Assembly: GCA_000004985.1 (NCBI GenBank)
Contig: GG738890.1
DNA: 64,000 nt
Strand: one strand, 5' to 3'
Source of the DNA: Naegleria gruberi
Lineage: Eukaryota
Position 1 is the first letter of the stretch, and every line of letters starts with the position of its first letter. The position numbers and the translations under genes are program-made. Below the pieces are notes generated by a model. The model had not been told where the DNA came from, did not search any database, and saw only the letters and a list, made by a program, of their open reading frames with translations. Shown one piece after another: positions 28,439-40,874 of the stretch.

Positions 28439-29819
28439 ATGGGTAACCAACAAACAGCACAACTCAAGTCAAGAGCATTGTCTTCCAATAAGATTCTCCT
28501 TGTTGCAAAGGGAATTTATGCGATTGATGTACCAGAAATTACAAACAAGCAAATGTTGCTTGCCTTGAAGGAAGGTGCACCAAAATTAATCAAGTTACAA
28601 ATTCACTTGAGGGATCAAGGTATGTGTTTTTGTTCCCTAAACCTATCTAAATATGTATTTTGATGTTATTATTGTCGTTGTCGTTGTTTATTGGTGTGGT
28701 GTTCAATTGATGAATTAATTATTCTTGTGTTGTGGAAATTTACTGTAAAAAATTGTGATGATGTGATGATGATTTTAATGTGATTATATTGTTGTGTATT
28801 TGTGAATGTTGATGATAATGTTGGTAATTTATGCTTGATGATGATGATACGGAATGTGTTTAATAATATTAATATTTTGTATAAATACATAATAATAATA
28901 ATAATATTTAGATAATGAAATTATTCCTAGCAATCCACCAACAGTTCAACATCCACAATTTACCTTCCCATTGTCTAATGATTTATCATTCTCTTTCAAT
29001 GATTATCACTTATTCTTGCCAAACTTGGAAAATTTGGCTTCATTGAGTATTGTTGCTACTCTCGAAGTTCCTCTCTCACAAGAAGAACAACAATCCTCTC
29101 TCACTAGTGTCTTGAGTATTATTGGAGCTGCATCGGATGTGAATCAAGTTCATTTGGGAGAGTGCATTCTCGATTTGAGAACTATTAGAAAACGTGATGT
29201 TTACAATAGTGTCACACTTTCATTGATTAGAAATAACAAGGTTGCTGGTAAAATTGATGTACAAATTGTTAAACCAGGTTTGAAAATTGATATTTTGGAA
29301 TTACAAAATTCAATTGTTTCCTATGAACACATGAATGGAGTTACAATTAATGAAACTAATTTATTCTTCAAGGCATTTGATAGATTTGTTGAACAAACTT
29401 CAGATGTTCAAGAATGTAGAAAAGCCAAAATGAAAGTTGAATTATCTGCCCAACAATGGATCAATTTTCATAGTGAAGAACGTATCTCAGTTGTTTCTAT
29501 TGACACATGTCACACCAAGAGCAGTTCTGGATATGAAATGTACTCATGCAATGTTTGGTACAAGTACAGATATGAATTCCTTCAAGAAACTCATCAATTA
29601 GAACAAGAAAAGGAAGCAAGACTCTTAAAGGAAGCTGAAGAAGCCAAAAAGAAATTGAAGCCAGAAGAAGTTGAAGATGATTTAACTGATTCAGAGGCAT
29701 CTGTTGATGATTCACCAACCAAGACCACAACTGAGACAACAACAACAACTAATACCACTGAACAAGCTGATACTGCCACAACCAGTACTACAGAAACACA
29801 AGAAGAAAAGAAGGAATAA
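28439..29819 (+). CDS. Hypothetical protein, 2 exons (acidic T-rich C-terminus)
   Basis: Exon 1 is 28439..28619 (MGNQQTAQL...IHLRDQ, aaaaaaaATGG start, ends on donor G|GTATGT). A putative 292-nt T/G-rich intron runs 28620..28911 (…TATTTAG). Exon 2 is 28912..29819. It has no in-frame ATG near its 5' end, which supports splicing. The ORF 28669..28890 lies inside the intron. Confidence 0.4.
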
Positions 29820-30654
29820 AGTATTGATCTTTAAGGTGCAATATTCTCCCTCATATTTGAATCAATTTATTAAGGAAGAGAACTTGTATATCGGACTTTG
29901 AAGCCCTCTCATCTATATCTCCATTACATCTTCTTAGTTACTCGGCTCTTCAATACTAGTCAGCATTCACATCCTCACACAGAGTGTTGCTTTACAAACG
30001 TGTCAGGCTATTGAGAATCCAAATCACTTCTAATTGTTACTCAAAAATGTTTCAAATTGGAACTTACCAAGAAACGAGTGTATGTATTACGGAGCAATCA
30101 CAATTAAAAAACATTGAAAAAATCATCTGTGTAGTCTTCTGTATTATTATCCACCAGACCATCATCAGATAATTATCATCTACGAAAGAAAAAAACGTGA
30201 GGTAGTGGTGAAATATCAAGAGTTTGTTACTAACAATTTTTAGCAAGAACAACAACAACGGAAAGACGTTAGATTGGAATCAGAAGACAAAAATTTAAAA
30301 AAAGATTTTTAAAGTTGTGTTGCTCTCACTCTCCCTAACTCTCTCAAATATTGTTGGTCTGATTATTTTCTGATAACAGCAAGATAATAACAGGCAACAA
30401 AACATCTAACAATATATATTATCTACGTGAGGAATTTTGTGGCTGGATTTATTTTGATGCAAACATATTCTGATCAAATTAGAATACTACAACAATAAGA
30501 GCAATTATTCCCTCTGTCTCTTTGATCATCATTATTATCCAGTGTGATTGATTAATGGATTTTTTAGATTATATAGGCTTTTCAACAAAAGACAATCAAA
30601 TACCGAATGTGTTAGTATCATAATTATTTCAATTATTTTGACCTTTGCAGAGCA

Positions 30655-32286
30655 ATGAAAGGAATAGATTTTTCTGAAACAACAACTCCAGTATGGCTTT
30701 TAGGCTTGGAGTATCAACCTTTTCTTGTTTGCTCTGATGAGCAAAATGGAGCCATGTTACAAAGTAGTTTTATGGCTACAACAACAACAAATTCATCATT
30801 AACATTTTCTACGGACAATCCTAACCCTGTAAATCATCAAGCCTTCTCCTCAAATACATCATCTTCAGCCAATGATGAAAGTTCTCCTAAAACACCCTCC
30901 AAAATCGGATCATTCTTCAAATCAAAGAAATCAAAGAAAAATTACACTGATAGCGAATTGGTGAAAATCTACCAGAACAAGTTGCAATTAGAGAGTTTCA
31001 TGTTAGATTTTGAATCGAGGTTTTGGTTTTCCTACAGAAAGGAATTTGAACCAATTTCTAACAATCCTCTTGTGATTGAGCCATTACCAGGTGGACCTTC
31101 TGATACATTCTCCTACTTGGGAAGTAATAGTAGTAATGGAGGTGGTAATGGTGGACTTTTGAGTAGTCAAGGATCACTTTTGAGTTCTGGAACAAGTAAC
31201 AATGAGGATATTCCTTTTTACAATGGCTCTCCATCACAATACTATAATAATGGTACCAACAGCAACAATAATAGTTTTTCCAAATCGAATTCAGCCTCTT
31301 CCTTGAGTAAGCTGTATAGATATGTAATTAATTATGCTTCTCTGACATCAGATACTGGTTGGGGTTGTATGATGAGATCAGGTCAAATGCTATTGGGTCA
31401 GGCTTTTTTAACACACTATTTAGGGAGAGACTTTAGACTGCCTATCAATGACAAGACAAGAAATATGTATGAAATCATTAGATCATGGTTCTTTGATACA
31501 GAATCTGCCTATTATTCAATTCATAGAATTGCTCGTGCAGGAACATTTTTCGGAAAGAAAGTTGGTGAATGGTTTGGTCCATCCACAATATCATATGTCT
31601 TAAAGTTACTTGTTGAGCAACATTTGAAGGGAGAATTCATTTTGCACGTATCGGAACAAGGAGGAATTTACAAGGATGAAATACTTGCTAAATGTGAATA
31701 TGATTTTGAGGAATTTTCGATAGATGTCAATAATATCCAAAAGGAGAATACTACCTCTTCCTATCCACAAATCGAATGCATTGGACCAAGGATAAAGACA
31801 ACTAAAAAATGGAAACCTCTCATCATGGTCATTCCATTAAGACTCGGACTTGAAACATTTAACACTGATTACATTCCATCCATTCAGAAAGTTTTTGAAA
31901 TGCCACAGACACTCGGTATCATGGGAGGAAAACCAAAGTCTTCCCTCTATTTCATTGGATATCAAGACAATGAGGTTATTTACTTGGATCCACACACGAC
32001 ACAAAAGTCTTCCAGCAAACAAGAGACCTACCACTGTAAAACTCCACTCAAATTACCAATCTCAAAGATTGATCCATCTATGGCTCTTGGATTTTTATGT
32101 AGTACCAAACAAGATTTTGAAGATTTTTGTACTCTTGCAGAAACTCATTTAGCTTCACGATCACATCCTTTAATTTGTATTAGAGACCAAAAACCTCAAG
32201 AACGAGACTTGGACGTCATTTCATTTGATGATTTGTCAGAGAATGGTGTTAAAGACGACCTCGATGACGACATTGTCATTTTGTAA
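30655..32286 (+). CDS. atg4: Autophagy cysteine protease Atg4 (peptidase C54)
   Basis: 543 aa. 'DTGWGCMMRSGQMLLGQA' is the catalytic Cys region. 'GKKVGEWFGPSTISYVLKLL' and 'DPHTTQ' (His region) match the Atg4 family. The ATG at 30655 is preceded by an acceptor-like TTTGCAG, so additional 5' exons are possible. Confidence 0.8.
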   Translation: MKGIDFSETTTPVWLLGLEYQPFLVCSDEQNGAMLQSSFMATTTTNSSLTFSTDNPNPVNHQAFSSNTSSSANDESSPKTPSKIGSFFKSKKSKKNYTDSELVKIYQNKLQLESFMLDFESRFWFSYRKEFEPISNNPLVIEPLPGGPSDTFSYLGSNSSNGGGNGGLLSSQGSLLSSGTSNNEDIPFYNGSPSQYYNNGTNSNNNSFSKSNSASSLSKLYRYVINYASLTSDTGWGCMMRSGQMLLGQAFLTHYLGRDFRLPINDKTRNMYEIIRSWFFDTESAYYSIHRIARAGTFFGKKVGEWFGPSTISYVLKLLVEQHLKGEFILHVSEQGGIYKDEILAKCEYDFEEFSIDVNNIQKENTTSSYPQIECIGPRIKTTKKWKPLIMVIPLRLGLETFNTDYIPSIQKVFEMPQTLGIMGGKPKSSLYFIGYQDNEVIYLDPHTTQKSSSKQETYHCKTPLKLPISKIDPSMALGFLCSTKQDFEDFCTLAETHLASRSHPLICIRDQKPQERDLDVISFDDLSENGVKDDLDDDIVIL

Positions 32287-33623
32287 ATATAAAATATAGA
32301 AAGTTCAATGATTATTGTAAGAAAGCAACACACTCATTTACAGTTTTCTGTTGCAACCTCTGTAACTGTAGTCTCATTGGGAACTGTAGACTATCCAATA
32401 CTCTAATTGAATTTGTGTTGGTTGTTCAAAATTATCACTAATTCTCCTCTCGGTCAATCCAAATTTCACAATCCAATCTTTGTCATCATCACTTCCAATA
32501 ATTAAACACTTTACAACTAGTCCACTTTAAGAAACAATTCAATTTAAAATGTAACAATGAAATATTGACTGAACAAAATTGTTGAACGAATCTTACAGCA
32601 TGAAGTATGATAGATTCTTAAAACATTTGAAATGTTTGAATCAAAAAGTCAACACTGTCCATTTAGTTCAATATCATATTTCTTTTCCTTTTATGGATGA
32701 TAACAAGCCTCACAAGGATGTGTTCAAAGTGTTTTTTAAAACTTACGTACTGTCCCAAAGCAATAACATGTCTATAACTCTCAATTCTTCATATTATATT
32801 AGCTTAACATTTCATCCTTCATTTCCTCTACATTCTTCCACTTTTCATGATGCACTCAATCAACGGGAGACGATCCTTCATTCACTTCACTTACACTTTA
32901 CAAAACTTCAACAGAGTTGACTATAGAACAACAAAGTGTTTTAATTCACAGTACTATCAATACATGTTAGAGTATTAATTACAAAAATGACAAAGATGAA
33001 ACTTTAAAGGAGAGACATTTGTCATTTAATTCATTGGATAATTGCAACACCACCATCCAATCTAGTTTATCAGCCAAAATTATACAAATTTAAAAGTGTA
33101 TTTTTGCGCAAAGAATTTCTAGTCAACCACAAACTAACCAAAAAATAGCCTTTTATGGAGAGGACACAACAAAAGAAGATTGTCAATGAAAACAAGAAGA
33201 AATAAAAAATTAGGAAGGGCACTAGAAGTGTCATGCTTTGATGAGTATTGTCTAAACATTCTATTTGTCTTTAAATAAATCAAAAAAAAGCAACGAGAAA
33301 GGTTTCGGATCATCACCTAAAACGAAACTAAACTAATTCTTCTTCTGTTCTGACGATTGTCTCGAGTTAGCAATAATCTGTATCCATTCCAAGATTTGCA
33401 AATAGACATTGTCACTAGATCCATCCAAACAAAGACCCAAAGATTCTCAACATCTTTTTTATTCGAATCCGGCAGAAACATTTAAACATTTTAAATTCTG
33501 CACTATTTAGAAACGAGAAAGTAACCAAGGACTGCGTATTCTTGTTGAATTGAAAAAAAACAGTTCTTTTTAATAATAAGACGAAACTAAACTATTTGTA
33601 AATAATAACTAGAAGACTTTAAA

Positions 33624-34133
33624 ATGCAATCGGTGTGTGTTGAACGATGGAATGAAAAGCAAGTACACTATTGGCTGAGTCATTTAGACGAATGTCAAGT
33701 GTGCACCGATAACTTGAAGTTTTTATTAGAAACTTGTCAAATAGACGAAACTAAAGAGTCTCATAATGAACAATTCAATGAACTGCCCACCAACACCACC
33801 CACTCTCCATCCACATTATCATCCTTCAAAGAAATGATACCCTTCTTCAAATATCATGCTCTGCTTGGAATTGATTTATTAGAATTAACACTCGACGAAT
33901 TATTTTCAATATTTTTCAATGAAGAAAACCAAGAAGAGAACGAGGATGAAATTATAGATATTCCATCGAACTGTAATATAGAGGATGAATCAACGAAATT
34001 ATTGATTCACAAATTGTACTACCATTTATGTATTTTAAAATTTAACAATCAAAATTCTGTAAATAATATTAGACAAACATTTAATTATTGCACTGAGTGC
34101 ATAGATAGCCGAGTTAATTCGAGGATTCATTAA
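33624..34133 (+). CDS. Hypothetical protein (SAM-domain-like N-terminus)
   Basis: 169 aa. aaaATG start. 'WNEKQVHYWLSHL...LLGIDLLELTLDELFSIF' is loosely SAM-like. Confidence 0.3.
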   Translation: MQSVCVERWNEKQVHYWLSHLDECQVCTDNLKFLLETCQIDETKESHNEQFNELPTNTTHSPSTLSSFKEMIPFFKYHALLGIDLLELTLDELFSIFFNEENQEENEDEIIDIPSNCNIEDESTKLLIHKLYYHLCILKFNNQNSVNNIRQTFNYCTECIDSRVNSRIH

Positions 34134-34216
34134 AATAAACTGCCATAATAGTTTGCTTACCTAATTAAATTAAATTATTCATTGCGAAATGTTGACAGTT
34201 GTCACTTTAAAAAAAA

Positions 34217-36226
34217 ATGAAACAATTTCTCACTAGTGTTCTGGCACTGCTGCTAACTGTTGTTTTACTGCTTGTGATGGTAGTGAGTTGTCATGATGCT
34301 GCCGACTCGATCATGAATGGGAAGTTTATTTCAATTTCTTCCAGTTTCGAATATTATCAAGATACTCCGTACAATGTAACTTCAACAATTTATGATTTTA
34401 CCAACATTTCCGAAGTTAATAACACATTCCTCTATACTTATGGATCAGAAATTGGTTTTTTAAATTATGGAATTGCCTTCCAAGTGATTAGTTTAATTTT
34501 CGAATTTATTTTAATTGCCATGTCAGCCACACCATTGATTTCTAAAAAAGGAAGAACTTGGCAGAAGAAAGTACTATTGGCATGTTGTTTGAGTGCTTCT
34601 GTTATGGAGTTTGCTGCTCAACCTTTTGATGTGTTGAAAGTGTTTCATCCAGTTCAGGATAAATCTATTGGAAACGTTGGTGGTAAGTAGTTTAATTGAA
34701 TATTGAATCTTTGATCAAATATTTCAGTTCTAATTCTTCCAGTCTTTCTTGCAAAACTTCAATTCCATTCCATTTTTGGTATTTTCGTCTATTTATTCTT
34801 CCACATTAATCGAATTATTTTAACAATTGCCGAAAGAATTAACACTAAAAAGAAGAGAGAAGAAATGAAGGAACATTACAAGAAGGCCATTCTTCAAGCT
34901 ATTGCCTCTAAAAAACCATCTCTTCCAGTTTCCAATAATTTACACGAAAGAGAAAGACCAAGATCCGCCAGCATGGATAGCGTTCATTCAGGCACTCATT
35001 TAATCAATGGAACAACTAGTTCAGTACCAGGATCAGTCAACACAACAGGAACTCCTGGAAATAAGACACCACCCAACATGTTTGCCACAATTAGTTCACC
35101 AACAAGTTTGACACCTTCAATTAATTCAGTTTCGTCTCCAGCGAATGATGAATTATGGTATATGAGAAAGCAAACTGTTTCTCCAACCTCTAATCAAACA
35201 TTGATTGTACCAAATGTTCAATTGAGATCTAGTTTGGATATTGCCACATCAAATGCTCATCCAAGTGTTTCAACATTGGCAGTGAGTAGTAGTGTTTCGA
35301 ATAGTGGAGAATTGAAACCATTAACAAAGAATGCACTCCTTCTACCAAATAATCTTCCTGGAAGTAGAAGAGGAAGTACAGCTTCAAATATTTCCAATTT
35401 TTCAGATACATCAGTGAGTGGATTACTAGTTCCAAATGCAAAGAAATATCTATTCGATCCAAATATTTCACGTGAAAGAAAGAACAGCAATACGTCCACT
35501 AATAGTCAATTGAGTGAATTGGAAAAGACACTCGCATTGGCTGTACCTACTAATTCATTCTATGAAAAATATCCAAGTTCTAAACTTGTGAAAATGATCA
35601 AATTTATCAAGTTTTCAATGATTGCAGTTTTAGTTTTGGATATTATTATTGGATTCCTTGATATTGTAGTGTTGGGTATTTTCTACTTGTGGGATTTGGT
35701 TGGACCAGCTGATACTGCATTCTTTGCAACTCTTGACATTTATCCATTGGTAGCTCTTATTCTGGCAGTTATACTTTCTTTCATGATGATTCTGTTTGCA
35801 TTTGTCAATTTGGCACAAGTTATTGGACTCACTGTAGCTCTCTATCTTCATCCAGATCATGATGATGCAATTAAGAGTGCTATTTTGGGCCATCCATTAC
35901 CTTCCAATGCTGGATCAACTGGTCCACTTAAAGTAGCTCTGGAATCAATTGAGGAAAATCGTGTAAGATTAGTCATTTCATCAGCAGTGATTATTTCTCA
36001 ATTATTTGTGGCTGTTTTCGTTGCCATGTATCCTATCCTCTATCACAGCATGATGATTCAGGGAATGAGTTTCCTCTTCCAAATTATTTATTATTTTGGA
36101 AGAAGAATTGGAACTTTTGGAGCTATTTTAACAATTTACATGTTATATTCTCCATTCTTTCACATGTATCATAGTATTACAAAAATAGCAACTACCAAAA
36201 ATAAGAGAATTCTATTCTTTAGATAA
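34217..36226 (+). CDS. Multi-pass membrane hypothetical protein, 2 exons
   Basis: Exon 1 is 34217..34682 (signal/TM 'LALLLTVVLLLVMVV', then 2 TMs) and ends on donor G|GTAAGT. Intron 34683..34727 (45 nt, GTAAGT...TTTCAG). Exon 2 is 34728..36226. Both ORF-track pieces (34217..34690, 34865..36226) share a frame, which is open from 34715. Joined 1965 nt = 655 codons. C-terminal TM cluster. Confidence 0.5.
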
Positions 36227-36331
36227 ATAAATTATTATTAACTGGATATTATTTATCGATTGCTTATTTACAGTATTTGGAAAGATATTGAGATCGCAAT
36301 GATTCATTGGATATGTACAGATCAAATTCAA

Positions 36332-36634
36332 TTAAACAAAGCTTAAACTATGTGCAACTTTTTGTAAAAATGTTTTTGGTACTTGCTCTTCCAAAAGATC
36401 TGGAAGGATTGGTCGTCCTACTCCGTTCTTTTTTCCAACAATGACGAAACCTTTAGGTTCTGATGGATTTTCTTCTGCTTTTGGAATTGTTGGTTTCTTT
36501 TCCTTTACAATTGTTTCGGTTTTAAGTTTGGATGAATAGTTTCGAACTGAGTTTCTGCTAGGTGAAAGTAATTTGTTTGACCAAGAGATGGTGACTCGGC
36601 AAAGTTTTGATGATAATCTTGTAATAAACGACAT
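36332..36634 (-). CDS. Small hypothetical protein (R/S-rich N-terminus)
   Basis: 100 aa. aaaaagagaATGtcg context. The overlapping upstream ORF 36505..36792 in another frame is probably spurious. Confidence 0.3.
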   Translation of the reverse strand: MSFITRLSSKLCRVTISWSNKLLSPSRNSVRNYSSKLKTETIVKEKKPTIPKAEENPSEPKGFVIVGKKNGVGRPILPDLLEEQVPKTFLQKVAHSLSFV

Positions 36635-36916
36635 TCTCTTTTTGTTGGAATTGAATTTGATTGTTTTCTTTTGTTGTCATAAATATTTTTTACCAAGTTA
36701 CATGGACAAAGAAGGGTAACATATCTTTTAATATTTTGATTGGATTGATTTAACAAAAATACATTGCCAAAAGTGACAAGATGTTTCATCATGTGTTATT
36801 AAAAAAATAGGATGTTCTCCTTAAAGATTAATGATTTAATGAAATCTTGGTTGATATAATTAAGGTGGGATTAATGTATTTTATGAATTTTAAAGTGGAA
36901 GATTGATTAATGTGTC

Positions 36917-36989
36917 GGGGTCTTGGCGCAGTCGGTAGCGCGTAGGTCTCATAATCCTAAGGTCGTGAGTTCGATCCTCACAGACCCCA
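36917..36989 (+). tRNA. tRNA-Met (CAU), elongator-type
   Basis: Sequence identical to 25622..25694. Shares a 52-nt upstream block with the interrupted copy at 18035. CTTTTG terminator. Confidence 0.85.
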
Positions 36990-37247
36990 ACTTTTGTTGT
37001 TTGTTAATTTTTATTATTATTTCTACTATTGAAATACTCTTATTATAACTTGAATTCGCATAAGAACGAAGAAGCAGAGTTGATTCATCGATTTAACTTG
37101 TCTGCTATTTTTAATTTTTGAATTTCAAAAATAAATATCCAAAGTTATCCCGTTTATCCTACTTCTTGATTTGGAAAAAACGAAACCAGCAGTGTCCAAA
37201 TCCATCCTAATTTTACGAGCACAACCTTATTAAAAACACTAAAAAAA

Positions 37248-38367
37248 ATGTCTAAACACCTCAGCTGTGTCTTGTTATTACTGTTACTTGTCGCCATTGT
37301 GCATGCTCAAGTTTTCGAATCTACTTCCAACTTTCGTCCAGGATTATACGAAATTAGTTTCAACTCTTCATTGCCAGTTTCTTTTGGCAGCTCCCCAAAT
37401 CCACTCCCACCACACGATCCATTGGATCAAAACCATCATTGATTACTCATCCAGAGAAGTCAATCGTCAATTCAAACTTTCTTCCATGGAATATTTAATT
37501 TTCAAATCCTCCGCAAACTTTACAATTTCTCATGAAATCAAAGAAGCTTTTGGAGTATTATCTAGCAAGAATACTCACATTTTGAGAATTCCATCACATG
37601 GCATTGAAAGATTATTCTCCAATTCCATTATTTTGACCCATTCGAATAAGAATGTTCTTTATTTGAAAAGAAGTTTCGGCTACAATCATTACGGACCTTT
37701 CACAATTAATTTAGGATTTAAATTTAGAGAATCTGATGATCCAGAATATACCATGTACTCATTTCCATCTTCAAACATTTTGGAAATTTCAATTCCTATC
37801 GAAGTTCCAACTTCCAAAAAATCATCAAACTTTAACACACCTTTCTATTTGTATATTCAATGCAATTCACTATCTGAGGAGTGTCCATTAGAATTGAGAG
37901 TAGCCAACACAGAACATACTGATATTTTGACCATTGTAACCATTTGTATTATTGGCGCCATTTTACTTTTTATTGCAGCAATTTCACTTCCAAGTTTGTA
38001 CATTGCCTGTAAAGGAAAAAAGAAAAATTCTGAAAAGGTAATTAGAGAAGACTCGAGAACACAAGATGGAGAAACACATCACGTCAATAATGAGGAAATG
38101 TCTGGTCAAATTTGTAGAGTTAGCTTTGAAATGCCACGTCCATCCATTAGCTCTGATATTCCAGATGATTTGTTGATGAGATATAGATTACAAAACTCTG
38201 CTAGAAATCAACAACCTGTTGAGTTGTACACTGTTAGCAATGAACAAGAATGTGTTGAGTTGGAGGGAAATCCCAGTCCCTGCCCAAATCAAACAGAAGA
38301 TTCTGATGATTCAGCGGCAGTTCCATATCAACAAAAATCAGTTTACAATAAGGAAAGTTTCAAGTAA
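37248..38367 (+). CDS. Type-I membrane hypothetical protein with apparent +1 frameshift (possible pseudogene or sequence error)
   Basis: The signal peptide [21 protein letters not shown] (aaaaaaaATG) reads in frame 0 and stops at 37440. The 330-aa body reads in frame +1 (open from 37267) and has a TM '[20 protein letters not shown]' and a cytoplasmic tail. Both frames are open across 37342..37399. Confidence 0.45.
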
Positions 38368-38504
38368 ATTGATGAGAAGGAAACGCTTTCCAATAAAAGA
38401 AATGGAATTTAGAATTTTTTTTTTCACTTCTTTTTGAAAATGCTCTTCCTATTGAGATAGCTCCATTTACTTTCCAATAATTGTTTCTTAGTTGACCATT
38501 ATTC

Positions 38505-40641
38505 TTATTTATTTGTATGACAAGCAGTGAATAATTGAGCGCTCTTATCTACTAAATTCCTCTTCACCTCTACAAGTCCCAACTTTTTCATCATTGGTCG
38601 ATAGGTTTCGTATAAATGTTCTGAACTAAACAACACATAAGCTCCTCCCCAAAACACTCCTCCCATAATATAACTCGCAATTCGATGTTTAAACATGATC
38701 GTCCACAAGGTTTCTCCCACAAATTGTTCCGTAATAAATCCCAACTCTGACACCACCTCATAAATCATATAAATCAATGCAAGTAAAATAAGAATCAAAT
38801 ATTGAGAAAATTTGAATTGGAGAAAATAAATCTTTCTCTTCTTTTTCAGCATGAAATAGATTTTCAGAGAATAGGTAAAGATAATTGACCAGGAAATGAT
38901 TAAGGCAATGAAGGCAACTGGCATTGACAGGACTCGAATGTAACCAGAGATGATTTTTGCTGTGAAGGCAGTGACGATACAGGCAATAATGAGAATCATG
39001 AGGAGAATGGAAGCACAGAATAGGATTATTCTATTGGAAAGGTTTAAATTACTTTCGAATATAAAAGTATATTACTTACAAGCCATGAATGGAAACTTTC
39101 TTGTTTTTTCCGTCCAATTTCAATAAAACTTCCACAAATGATCCAGCAAGTGGAATATTATAAACACAAATGAAAGCTAATGAAGCTATTAGAAAGGTAG
39201 TAGTAGGATAAACTGCTGTTCCATTAATACCGTAAGAAGCAGCATGCAATAATGCATTCATGAATAAACAAAAAACACCCATCAGCAAACTGACAACTGT
39301 CAACAATTTCATGTCACATAAAATTCTCAATAATTCATGTTGCAAATGCTCCTTCATTGAATTTCTAACTTGTTCTGATCCTGCATTCTTATCCTTGTTT
39401 GGTAATTCTTCTTTCGTTTCGGCTACAGGAGTAGAAACTCCTTCAAATGAAATCACAACTTGATCTGATTGAGAACTGACAACTTGAATAGGAGTTGAAC
39501 AATTTTCTGAAGTAGTTTCTTCATTAAGAATTGGTACTATACTAGCATTGGATGGGCTTGGTGAGCAAATTTCCTTCAATGGCATTATTTTTGCTGTAGA
39601 CGAAACCATTGGAGAAACTTGAAGTTTCTTTTGAGATTTCTCAATCACTGTCATATTTTGTCTGGCAATCATGTGATCCTTCCACTTTTTCACATTCCTC
39701 ACCAGAATTGGAATGAAACAAATTATTGTAATGACAATCATTTGTAAAGTGTGAAATAGAATTTCAATTATTTTCAGAGAAGGATGCGAACTCAGTGGAA
39801 CCCAAAATTTCACATAAACACTTGAACATTCAAAGAAGGATAATGTTTCAAAGGTGATTTCACTTGAATTGGAGCTTGTTGATGTGCAGTGGCATAGCAG
39901 TGTTCGGTTGAAGAAGGGAATTGTTGACATTCCACAAGTTTCTTCCATGTTTCGTCCAAATATTACGTCCAATGTTTGAACTTTAGGGTAAGCACTCTGC
40001 TGGACAATAGCTGGTAAAGTTTCTGTATGAAATTGTTTGAAATATGGATTATTTTCTTTACAAAACATGAAATAATTGAAGGCGTTCACCAATTCGAATA
40101 GATTTGCTTTCGTATTTCCGTTTTGTAGAACTATATCAAAACCATTAATGAAATAAATTCTTTCAATCGTAAAATTCTTCTCGATTAATAAACTATCCAG
40201 ATACGGCACGAAGTATTGAGTCATTAAAGTGATATTGTTGAACATTTCGAATAATTCTAAAGTTTGATTTCTCATGACAGCATTCGAATTCAAACTAGCA
40301 CAGTAAGGAGCAATATCAGACTCCAACATTACCAAATTATACTGATAATCCACCAAAGAGGCTCCATTAATAACAAAATTCTCTCGGAATAATGCATTCG
40401 GCAGAGAATCACAATTATACGAATCCCAATTCTGCACCATATCATTGGTGTAATTAAAATAATAACCAGCCACCACACTGAGTTCTTCTCCAATATTTTG
40501 CAATCTCCAATAGAGTGGACATGTAGAGGGTGATGATGATGAACTTGTTTCAGTCAATTGTGCACCAAACACTGAGGACATCATAATGAGGAGAATGAAT
40601 GTGAGATGAGATGAAGTTGTCATCATGTTGTGTTGTTGCAT
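38505..40641 (-). CDS. Seven-transmembrane receptor-like protein with large N-terminal ectodomain, 2 exons
   Basis: Exon 1 is 40641..39080 (signal peptide, ~280-aa Cys/N-glyc-rich ectodomain, TM1, ~100-aa S/T-rich loop, TM2-3). Intron 39031..39079 (49 nt, GTAAGT...CCAATAG). Exon 2 is 39030..38505 (TM4-7). Joined 2088 nt = 696 codons. aaaaaaaagATG start. Confidence 0.6.
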
Positions 40642-40874
40642 CTTTTTTTACTGTGTTATGAAGGTGGGCAACACTGAAAACTATTTGGGCTCAATAATCG
40701 TTGATGAGGCAAAATAGAGATAGATATTGTTTTGGGGAACGGAGAAACTAATCAGTTTCCATATTAGTATGAAAAGGAAAGGATTGCACTTTGATTTCAC
40801 TTGTCAAGACGTCGTTCACCTCAAACACTTGATGACTTGTTGCCTTAACATTGTTAACAAACACAAGGTTGTCT

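Noticed and set aside
28669-28890. ORF 28669..28890 (minus)
   Set aside because: It lies wholly inside the putative 292-nt T/G-rich intron of gene 28439..29819 and has a low-complexity translation.
32579-32920. 113-aa ORF in the 1.3-kb gap between atg4 and the 33624 gene
   Set aside because: The ORF-track start is a TTG. The first ATG has poor context and there is no domain similarity. I could not support it as a gene. The gap may instead hold UTRs or an unrecognised ncRNA.
36505-36792. ORF 36505..36792 overlapping the start of 36332..36634 in another frame
   Set aside because: Same strand, overlapping. The downstream ORF has the consensus aaaaagagaATGtc start. The upstream one is probably 5' UTR.
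37311-37390. Tiny intron (31-34 nt) to reconcile the two frames of gene 37248..38367
   Set aside because: The only frame-restoring GT..AG pairs give introns shorter than every other intron in the window (45-292 nt) and lack branch or polypyrimidine signals. A frameshift is more parsimonious.
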